This document shows positions 8,838 to 16,327 of a stretch of DNA of 64,000 bases, piece after piece. The DNA lies in IMG/VR virus record IMGVR_UViG_3300021387_001666, positions 1-64,000 of that record, one strand, 5' to 3'. The stretch is from a virus. Its lineage: Duplodnaviria > Caudoviricetes. The notes beneath the pieces were generated by a model, which was given only the letters and a program-made list of their open reading frames with translations, was not told the origin of the DNA and did not search any database. The translations under genes were made by a program, and so were the position numbers. Numbering within the stretch: the stretch's first letter is position 1; each line of letters opens with the position of its first letter.

Positions 8838-9092
8838 TTTTATACATACAATAGATTTTTTTGAAAAATGGCAGGGGGGGATGAACCCCAACTGTCAAGG
8901 ACAGGGGGAGGTGTGATATGTTATGTCACACTTATACACATACTTTACATTTTTAGATAAAATCCCTCCCCTCGTTTTTACACATACAATAGAAATTCCA
9001 CAAATATGTCCCACTTTTATACACACCTAAGATTTTTCTAAAATTGTCCTCCGCTTATACACATACTCCAAATTTTTCTAAAATCCCCCACC
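8838..9092. repeat. Degenerate ~40-44-bp tandem repeats at the strand-switch region
   Basis: Units TT(A/T)TACACATAC..A(G/A)ATTTTT..AAAAT..CCC starting near 8931, 8975, 9014, 9054 (plus 8838). Confidence 0.6.
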
Positions 9093-9177
9093 ACAAGTAC
9101 TACCTTCCTCAACTCTTCTTACCACTCTCCTTATATCTTCCTGTTAATAAAGGAATGTATATACCTTTGCCAGAAAA

Positions 9178-9564
9178 ATGGGAAGAATAGAGGTACATAA
9201 TAGGGAAGTAATGACCAGTGCAGAGTATAGGGCTAATCAAATGGATACATGGCCATCTCCTCTTGAAGAGAGAATGAAGGATTTTCTTGATGAGAATTAT
9301 ATTGAGTATGAGTCTCAGAAAATATTCTATATCTATGCTGATGATGGTTGGATAACAAAATACTACATAGCAGATTTCTATATACCCCATGCTGATATAA
9401 TTATAGAAGTGGATGGTAAATTTCATGATGACCATAAACAGCATGATAAAATGAGAACCAAGGAAATACAAGAACAATATCCTGGGATAGAGGTTCTGAG
9501 ATACAAATGGAAGGATTTATCTGATGCAGATAAAATGGATGATTTGTTATGCAGAATACAATAG
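9178..9564 (+). CDS. DUF559/Vsr-like PD-(D/E)XK endonuclease
   Basis: YIADFY...IIEVDGKFH...D..R...VLRY motif. Confidence 0.85.
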   Translation: MGRIEVHNREVMTSAEYRANQMDTWPSPLEERMKDFLDENYIEYESQKIFYIYADDGWITKYYIADFYIPHADIIIEVDGKFHDDHKQHDKMRTKEIQEQYPGIEVLRYKWKDLSDADKMDDLLCRIQ

Positions 9565-9694
9565 GTAGTTTATTTAAGTCCTAATGTCTTTATTTATAGG
9601 TGTTTAGGCAAATTTCTTGGCAATGTGTTGGCAGTAAAAAGATTATTTTGTACCTTTGCATCGTCAAAAGATGTTTAACTAACACCTTATTATA

Positions 9695-10024
9695 ATGAAA
9701 GGGTTAAGACAGTACATTAGAAAACATGGCAAACACTTTACTGAAAAACTTGCAATGTCCATAACCAAAGGTAGATGGAGTTCTTCTGAGATTATGGAGA
9801 AGGCTGAGTCTATGGTGTACTATAATGTCACAGGCTCTACCATTGGTGATATAGTCTTCCTGACCAACTATGCCAAAGATACTGGCAAGGTATTCTACAA
9901 GACCAAATATAACTGTGTTAGATTTGCTTTGTGTATTGTTGGGGAGTATACCATGAGAGATGGTGCTATGTTCAAGAAGTGGGTAGGGGATATAAAGGAT
10001 TTTGACTTTACACCTTATATATAA
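9695..10024 (+). CDS. Hypothetical protein, paralog of 56815-57237
   Basis: YIRKHGKHFTEKLA vs YINNYGCHFSKKLY; own TACCTTTG promoter at 9651-9658. Confidence 0.7.
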   Translation: MKGLRQYIRKHGKHFTEKLAMSITKGRWSSSEIMEKAESMVYYNVTGSTIGDIVFLTNYAKDTGKVFYKTKYNCVRFALCIVGEYTMRDGAMFKKWVGDIKDFDFTPYI

Positions 10025-10106
10025 TAATGGGATGATTTTTAGTTAAATATGAAAAATTGTTCAAGTAGAATTTGGTAATATCAGATATTCTTCGTACCTT
10101 TGCAGG

Positions 10107-10605
10107 CAAACAGGATGCCCATGGTCAGAGGAGACACTACCAAAGACTGGAAGACTGTAAAAGAGTTTTTTGAAATGGCTGAAATATTAGTAACTGTAGG
10201 ATTGCAATCTACCTAGGATAGAGAGGCTCTCGGTCAGATGACACACAACTACCCCCAAGATTCCCACAGGGATGCTGCGAGGTATTTATCCAAGGTCAGA
10301 AAGATTGCCAGTAACAGAAGATGGTTCTGGAAACTATGTACTGTTCAGGGGTTATCGGGGTGAAAATTTCTAAAGGTCTGAAAAGACAAAACCACTGCTA
10401 TAGCAGGAAGGAAGAATAGACTGGTCCAAAAGCTGTATTTCAGTGGAAGTAACACTTCCAACCTTCCCATTAAAGCAGGTTTTTGGGGAGGCCCCCGTAT
10501 GAAAAAGTTCTTCTAGTAGTCTTTTAAGTTTGATAGATTACAGTTACTCTTTAATGCCCGCCTGAAATATGACTTGTTGTAAAATAAGATACTAGCATGG
10601 GAGTT
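10107..10605 (+). ncRNA. ROOL-like large ornate ncRNA
   Basis: ORF-free, between promoter TACCTTTG (10095-10102) and terminator; terminal CCCATG/CATGGG pairing, crossing long-range helices, GNRA-capped hairpins; motifs GGGATGCTGCG, GTAACAGA, TATGTACTG, CCTGAAATATG recall ROOL consensus (from memory, unverified). Confidence 0.75.
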
Positions 10606-10619
10606 AACCCTTGCATTAT

Positions 10620-10665
10620 GAAGTCCCTTCCAAATTTTAGAGCCTCTCGGAAGGGGCTTCTTTTT
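10620..10665 (+). terminator. Intrinsic terminator after ncRNA
   Basis: GAAGTCCCTTCC...GGAAGGGGCTTC-TTTTT. Confidence 0.8.
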
Positions 10666-10738
10666 GTCTTAGCACAATCCTAAGATGCTTTGAATCTATC
10701 CTCCTTATGGTTAATTTTGCAATCAAAAAAGGAAGAGT

Positions 10739-11344
10739 ATGAAAAAGTATTTAATTCTTACTATTATTGTTTTGCTCGCCCTCGTAGGAGTTATGTGGAA
10801 GCAGGTAAAGTATGTCAATCAGAAGTGGGAGACTTCAGAGGCTAATCTGAAAGCCTATGCCAATATTAATAGAGAGGTTGAAGGACAGAATATGGCCTTA
10901 CATCTTACTATAGACCAGCTTGGCTATTTTAAGGATTCTGTACTTCAGGAACTTGACAATACAAGAAGACAGCTGAAGATTAAAGACAAGAACCTCAAAG
11001 CCCTTCAGTCAGTATCTTCCAGCTTTTCCAAATCAGATACCATTATCCTCAAGGACACCTTATTCAAGGAGGTATCATTAAATATTGATACTGTTCTTGG
11101 GGATAAGTGGTATAATGTCAGGCTAGGACTCAAGTATCCTTCCATGATTGCAGTAAAACCATATTTTAAGAGTGAGAAACATATTGTAGTCTCCAGTAAG
11201 AAGGAAACTGTTAATCCTCCTAAGAAGTTCTGGCTGTTCAGACTTTTTCAGCGCAAGCATCTTGTTTTGCATATTGATGTGATTGAGAAGAATCCATACG
11301 TTAAGGACGAGACAAGTAGGTATGTTGAAATTTTAAAACAGTAG
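10739..11344 (+). CDS. Rz/spanin-like membrane-anchored coiled-coil protein
   Basis: N-terminal TM helix, coiled coil, DTIILKDT and KKFWLFRLF segments typical of Bacteroidetes phage spanin-like proteins. Confidence 0.65.
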   Translation: MKKYLILTIIVLLALVGVMWKQVKYVNQKWETSEANLKAYANINREVEGQNMALHLTIDQLGYFKDSVLQELDNTRRQLKIKDKNLKALQSVSSSFSKSDTIILKDTLFKEVSLNIDTVLGDKWYNVRLGLKYPSMIAVKPYFKSEKHIVVSSKKETVNPPKKFWLFRLFQRKHLVLHIDVIEKNPYVKDETSRYVEILKQ

Positions 11345-11347
11345 GAT

Positions 11348-11539
11348 ATGGTCATTAGTATAACCTTATTATATATAGTAGGAGCATTGGCAATGCACTA
11401 CATTGTATGTAAAAACTGTAGGGAGGATGTGGAATACCCTTCAGTTAGTATAGCCTGTCTATTATGGCCTATAGCTTTGGCCATATATTGTTTATTGTAT
11501 ATAGAACGATTTTTCAGATTCATAGGTAATAAATTTTAA
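11348..11539 (+). CDS. Small two-TM membrane protein
   Basis: Two hydrophobic stretches, LLWPI motif. Confidence 0.6.
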   Translation: MVISITLLYIVGALAMHYIVCKNCREDVEYPSVSIACLLWPIALAIYCLLYIERFFRFIGNKF

Positions 11540-11603
11540 GTTCTTTGTTTCATGTTTTTTGATTTCAATTATTTTTCCTCTTGCTTGTGAAAGCAGGAGG
11601 TTT

Positions 11604-12749
11604 TTATATTTCCAAGTCCCGAATAGCCTTTACCACAGTCTCATCCAATAGTTTTGCATATACCTGTTCTGTAATCTTAGTGGAGGAGTGCCCACATATT
11701 TTAGATACTATTTGCATGGGAACTCCTTCATTTAATAATAAGGTAGCTCCAGTATGTCTTGCCCAGTGAGTAGTTAATGGTTTGTCTATACCAGCAGCCT
11801 GAGCTACAATCTTTAGATACTCATTATACTTTACATTGCTTATGACAGGCAGTTTTCCATCATATTTATGTAATATATCCAATGCAGGAGAAAGTAATGG
11901 TATGGTAAAAGTCATGTTGGTCTTAATTCTGCTTCCTACATATACATTCACACCTTTAACTTCCTGCACCATTCTACTATCAAATTCCAATAAGTCTGAG
12001 TAACTAAGACAGGTGTAGGTTTGGAATACAAAGACATCCCGTACTCTTTCAATACATGCTGTAGGCATTTTAGATACTTTTAACCTACGGAACTCTTCAG
12101 GAGTCAGATATTTACTTATTCCACTGGTATTCTTTCCTCTGTCAATGTTTAGCCATTTATAGGGATTCCTTGTTATATAACCAGCACTCATAGCTTCTGA
12201 GATAAGGGTGTTCATATATTTATGGTAGTTCCCCCACTTACTGCTGACACACATTTTCATGTCAGAAAGGTACTTATCAAAGGCTATAATATTAGTATCA
12301 TTTATATCATTAAAAGACACTATCTTATTCCATTTGTAGAACAGTTTGGTAAAGCAGTCATATCTTTTTATAGTTCCAGGTGCCTTGCCATACTTCCATA
12401 CAGATACTCTCTGCTCCATAAATTCTACAAAAGTTTTAATGGTATCATTTCTTTTATAAAGCTCATCAGATAATTGGTTGATGTCAATACCTTTGTCATT
12501 CATCATATTGTATAGGATAGTTCTTATGTCTACAAGCATTTTGTCTAATGTCTGGCTTATCTGTATGAGATCAGGACAATTAATGATTTTTCCTTTCTTC
12601 CATTGGTAGGCATATAGCATGACTCCAGTACTAATGTACTTCTGTTGATAGTTATAACATACTCTGATTTCAACAGATGCCTTCCTTGTATCTGTAGCTG
12701 TCTTTCTTCTATCAAAGACTAATGTAATGCTTGGCTGTTTGTTATTCAT
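11604..12749 (-). CDS. int: Tyrosine integrase, Bacteroidetes (IntDOT/NBU-like) family
   Basis: N-terminal arm-binding domain (VEIRVCYNYQQKYISTGV), SAM-like core, TCLSYSD (Ser at first catalytic Arg position, as in IntDOT), HWARH, CGH, Tyr in QVYAK. Confidence 0.93.
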   Translation of the reverse strand: MNNKQPSITLVFDRRKTATDTRKASVEIRVCYNYQQKYISTGVMLYAYQWKKGKIINCPDLIQISQTLDKMLVDIRTILYNMMNDKGIDINQLSDELYKRNDTIKTFVEFMEQRVSVWKYGKAPGTIKRYDCFTKLFYKWNKIVSFNDINDTNIIAFDKYLSDMKMCVSSKWGNYHKYMNTLISEAMSAGYITRNPYKWLNIDRGKNTSGISKYLTPEEFRRLKVSKMPTACIERVRDVFVFQTYTCLSYSDLLEFDSRMVQEVKGVNVYVGSRIKTNMTFTIPLLSPALDILHKYDGKLPVISNVKYNEYLKIVAQAAGIDKPLTTHWARHTGATLLLNEGVPMQIVSKICGHSSTKITEQVYAKLLDETVVKAIRDLEI

Positions 12750-12808
12750 TGTTAAAGATTGTTAGTTTGGTGTTAATTGAAAATGTATTTATTATTTTAG
12801 AAACTTTG

Positions 12809-13166
12809 TGTACATAATAATTATGTACAGTGTACAGAATATGTACAGAATAAATATTGTATTCTAATATATAGGTTGGTTTATTATGATGGATAAAAAT
12901 AAAAAAAGAAAAAGATGCTATACACACCTTCTTCTCTGTTTAGTAGGAACATTCGGATTCGAACCGAAGACCTCTTCAATGTGACTGAAGCGCTCTAAAC
13001 CAGCTGAGCTATGCTCCTATCTGTTGCTCCCGTTGCCTTCCTGGTGAACCCGTTGGGATTCAAACCCAGAGGAAGAGAAAGATGTGTATGTGTTTAATAC
13101 CTAAATAGTTAGGTGGGAGGCTTAGTGATTACTGTATTGAGAGTGTACATAATATGTAAAGAATAA
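12809..13166. mobile_element. Putative attP: arm-type repeats flanking a tRNA-3'-end core
   Basis: TGTACA(T/G)AAT repeats at 12809, 12820 (inverted), 12831, 12842, 13144, 13155; core 13042-13068 reads TGGGTTTGAATCCCAACGGGTTCACCA on minus strand. Confidence 0.8.
12944..13018 (-). tRNA. tRNA-Val(CAC)
   Basis: Acceptor AGGAGCA/TGTTCCT, anticodon stem CTTCA/TGAAG with loop GTCACAT, T arm TTCGG-TTCGAAT-CCGAA. Confidence 0.9.
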
Positions 13167-13191
13167 GTATTTTTTTGTTTTTAGACTGATG

Positions 13192-13305
13192 CAAAGATAG
13201 CCATATTTTTTCAGATTATATCTGTATCCCAGCCTTAAATAACATTAAAAAATAGATAGTTTAATGGGAAAAATTAGGTTGTCTAAAGATTTTTGTTTAT
13301 CTTTG
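13192..13305. promoter_or_regulatory. Divergent Bacteroidetes promoters (minus 13192-13199; plus 13298-13305)
   Basis: Both TATCTTTG followed by CA. Confidence 0.7.
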
Positions 13306-13416
13306 CAAAGTCATTCATGGAAACGTAACACACTGAAAAACAATCTAAAAAGAATAGTGGTTAAAGTTTTACTTGAAGATATTTTGTAAAATCTAACTCT
13401 TAAAAGAATAACAACT

Positions 13417-13632
13417 ATGGTAAAAATGACCAAACAAGACCTACAATGGCAGGCAGAAAGTGATGCTTCCACAATGGCGAGGTATCAGGAAATTATCAGT
13501 GACAAGGCTAGAATGAACAGAGCTATTAAAGAAGCTAATAAACAAGCTTCTGACTTGAATAAGAGGGCTAATGCTATGAAGAGTGCAGCTAATATCAAGG
13601 CTACAGGAGGAAAAGTAAGCAGGAGGAAATAA
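13417..13632 (+). CDS. Small basic helical protein
   Basis: WQAESDA.TMARYQEI..D motif, Lys/Arg-rich tail. Confidence 0.75.
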   Translation: MVKMTKQDLQWQAESDASTMARYQEIISDKARMNRAIKEANKQASDLNKRANAMKSAANIKATGGKVSRRK

Positions 13633-13656
13633 TCTATACCTTATTATATATAGTGT

Positions 13657-14085
13657 ATGGATAATACTGAAAGACCCAATGATTATGATTCAGAGCCAGT
13701 GAAGTACTGTGCAAGGTGCTACTCTCTGAAGATTAAGTATGAAGAGGCACTAGACTCTGAATGTTGTGCTGATTGTGGAAGCACAGATATTCTGGAAGCA
13801 CCTGTCGAAGAGTGGGAACAAAGATATGAAAGGAGGTATGGTCATAAGTTTACTGTCAAGGAGGATAATCCTAAAAAGACCTATTTCTTTAAACTGTCCT
13901 TAAAGGAATTGATGGATAAGGTTTCAGACAGTCCTAAATGGCGAGAGGTTCTCAGAGGTATATATCCTCATTTCCCAGGTGGTTATAGTAAGGCTGATTC
14001 AATAGTGTTATTCTTTGACACCCTTGTCAAACAGAACAGATTGGAAGAATTAAGATTATTTTTGTTCAAACATTTTAAATATTAA
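13657..14085 (+). CDS. Zinc-finger protein
   Basis: PVKYCARCYSL...CADCGS; crAss-type gene upstream of terminase. Confidence 0.8.
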   Translation: MDNTERPNDYDSEPVKYCARCYSLKIKYEEALDSECCADCGSTDILEAPVEEWEQRYERRYGHKFTVKEDNPKKTYFFKLSLKELMDKVSDSPKWREVLRGIYPHFPGGYSKADSIVLFFDTLVKQNRLEELRLFLFKHFKY

Positions 14086-14090
14086 GGATT

Positions 14091-14447
14091 ATGGAGAAGA
14101 AGATTGGAAGTAAGGAAGTGGAGATGGAGGTGGTAAAGGATACTGACCAGCCTCAGAAATTAAGCTATGGGCAGCTAAATCAGGCTTGTGCAGAAATGTC
14201 TCAGCAGCTTCAACAGCAGAACAAGTATATTCAGCAGATGCACAAACAGCTTCAAGAAATGAGCTTTATGCTACAAAATAAGAGAATGGAGTATCTGTTC
14301 AAGGTAGTAGAGATTGCTCATAAAAGCCCTCTTTCAGATTATGTCTGCTTTGCCAAGGATTTTGTGGAGGAGTGTATCGCTGAGATTCAAGAGTCTCTGA
14401 CTATTCCTCAAGAGGAGAAGAAGGAAGAAACACCTAAAGAGGATTAA
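14091..14447 (+). CDS. Coiled-coil hypothetical protein
   Basis: Gln-rich heptads, in operon. Confidence 0.75.
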   Translation: MEKKIGSKEVEMEVVKDTDQPQKLSYGQLNQACAEMSQQLQQQNKYIQQMHKQLQEMSFMLQNKRMEYLFKVVEIAHKSPLSDYVCFAKDFVEECIAEIQESLTIPQEEKKEETPKED

Positions 14448-14448
14448 T

Positions 14449-14898
14449 ATGGAGAGTAATATGGATGCTGTTCCAAGACAGCAGGTAAATGATGAAGTCA
14501 AGAAGCTGAAGGAATTGTATAAGCCTAACAATGCTTTTACTGTTCCTGTAGCCAATACCCTGGATTTCTTCAAATGGTGGTGTGTCTTTCTCAGGCCTTT
14601 CATCCCTCTTACAGAAAGGGAAACTGATGTAGTGGCAAGCTTGCTTAGACAGAGATGGGAACTGAGTAAGATTATCAAAGACCCCTCCATTCTTGATACT
14701 ATGACTATGAGTGGCAACACTCTTGATAAGGTAGTCGAGGAGTGTAAGATTACTAAGTCACATTTCTACGTGGTTATGAGTTCTCTCAAGAAAAAGGGAG
14801 TCATCAATGGTCATATTAATCCCAGACTGATTCCAAATCTCAAGGAAGAAGGAGTATTCAAACTAACCATTCTATTCAAGGAAAACAATCAGGCATGA
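14449..14898 (+). CDS. Winged-helix DNA-binding protein
   Basis: LTERETDVVA...FYVVMSSLKKKGVI..INPRLIP. Confidence 0.7.
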   Translation: MESNMDAVPRQQVNDEVKKLKELYKPNNAFTVPVANTLDFFKWWCVFLRPFIPLTERETDVVASLLRQRWELSKIIKDPSILDTMTMSGNTLDKVVEECKITKSHFYVVMSSLKKKGVINGHINPRLIPNLKEEGVFKLTILFKENNQA

Positions 14899-15203
14899 GT
14901 TATGAAGAGATTATATCTACAGTTGCTGCTGAGATTGGCCTATCTTCAAGATTGGTGGACAAGACTTACAAAGCATATTGGAAAATAATAAGGGAACATA
15001 TTAAATCTCTTCCACTAAAAGAAGATCTGACCGATGAACAGTTTGTAAATCTTCAGCCTAATATTAACCTGCCCTCATTAGGCAAACTGAATGTAACCTT
15101 GGACAGGTATCATGGCATGAAGAAACATTTTGAGATACACTATAAGAATTATAAAGGTAACAAATATAAAAAGAAAGACAATGCTGAAAATAACAAAGAT
15201 TAA
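14895..15203 (+). CDS. HU/IHF-like DNA-binding protein
   Basis: EEIISTVAAEIGLS..LV...W...INLPSLGKL. Confidence 0.65.
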   Translation: MSYEEIISTVAAEIGLSSRLVDKTYKAYWKIIREHIKSLPLKEDLTDEQFVNLQPNINLPSLGKLNVTLDRYHGMKKHFEIHYKNYKGNKYKKKDNAENNKD

Positions 15204-15609
15204 TCCGGTTGCTACAAGAATGCTAGTGACAGGTGAGGTTTACAGTGAGGACATGTATAATGAGCATGGCATCATTGAAAACAAGAAGGGAGACATGAAA
15301 GAGTACCAGACTGTACTTGAGGTTGGTCCTATGGTCAGGGATATTAAGGTAGGTGATAAAATCATGCTCAACATGATGCACTTTGCAGTCATGCAGTATG
15401 ATAAAAACTCCATCAAGAATGATATGGGGATGCAGAAAATCAAGGGATTTCAGTTTCCTAAGATGGAGCTTACCAAGGAGGATGGCAGTAAGCAGGAATG
15501 CCTTTACATTGACCAGCAGGATATTGTGTTCTCATTTGAAGGTGAAGAGGTTCAGGGTAAGAAGAACCCAATTATTACTCCAGAGAAAAAAGGTATTGTA
15601 TTGAATTAA
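15181..15609 (+). CDS. GroES-like co-chaperonin
   Basis: INPVATRMLV...G.I...QTVLEVGPMVRDIKVGDKIM; start reassigned to ATG 15181. Confidence 0.7.
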   Translation: MLKITKINPVATRMLVTGEVYSEDMYNEHGIIENKKGDMKEYQTVLEVGPMVRDIKVGDKIMLNMMHFAVMQYDKNSIKNDMGMQKIKGFQFPKMELTKEDGSKQECLYIDQQDIVFSFEGEEVQGKKNPIITPEKKGIVLN

Positions 15610-15683
15610 TAGTAAGTAGAAGGATTGTTTTTAGGAGAAGGGGCCTGGGCTATAATGGCTCAGGTCTTTTTAATTTTAAGATT

Positions 15684-16241
15684 ATGAAACTAATTAAATA
15701 TGAAGATTTTCAGATTAAACTTGCTGATGAGGCATTCTTGGTGAGACCCATTAGGAGGCTCCTCCACCAAGATCGTTCAGAAAGAAAAGAGAATTTCTGG
15801 AGACAGATGGCATTTCTGTACTTTACTATTAGTCCTGCCTCTTCCTACTCCTATATCCTTGACCCTGAGGAAAGGGCCAAGGCTGTTATAGAACAGGAAG
15901 GACTACCTGCTGATTTCAGGCCATCAGAGTTGCTGTTAGAGGCTATGCAGATATATAGGAAACTAACTATTACTCCTTCACAGAAACTATTGGAGGCCTC
16001 CTTAAAGGCTGCGGATACAGTCAGTAAGTTCCTTAGTGACCCTGGCATACTAGATAAAACTGATGACAAGGGTAGACCTTTGTATCAGATTTCCTCTGTG
16101 ACAGCTGCATTGAAGAATGTGGAAGGTATAGTTAATTCTCTTCAAACACTTCAGAAGAAAGTAGAAGCAGAGTTGGAAGAAGACTCTGGAAAGGCAAGAG
16201 GTGCTCAGGAACTGACATTAGGAGATATAGGACTGGATTGA
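15684..16241 (+). CDS. Probable terminase small subunit
   Basis: Helical 185-aa protein directly upstream of TerL, as in crAss-like genomes. Confidence 0.55.
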   Translation: MKLIKYEDFQIKLADEAFLVRPIRRLLHQDRSERKENFWRQMAFLYFTISPASSYSYILDPEERAKAVIEQEGLPADFRPSELLLEAMQIYRKLTITPSQKLLEASLKAADTVSKFLSDPGILDKTDDKGRPLYQISSVTAALKNVEGIVNSLQTLQKKVEAELEEDSGKARGAQELTLGDIGLD

Positions 16242-16327
16242 TTATCTTGTCTTAGTGATATTTTAAGAGGCTTGCCTATGTGGTAAGCCTTTTTTATTTT
16301 TGCACCTATAAAGAGTAGAAGATTGTT

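Noticed and set aside
6699-9092. CRISPR array
   Set aside because: Repeats are adjacent or degenerate with no unique spacers, and no cas genes are present.
13042-13068. A fourth tRNA gene
   Set aside because: Only T-arm and acceptor 3' strand are present; interpreted as att core.
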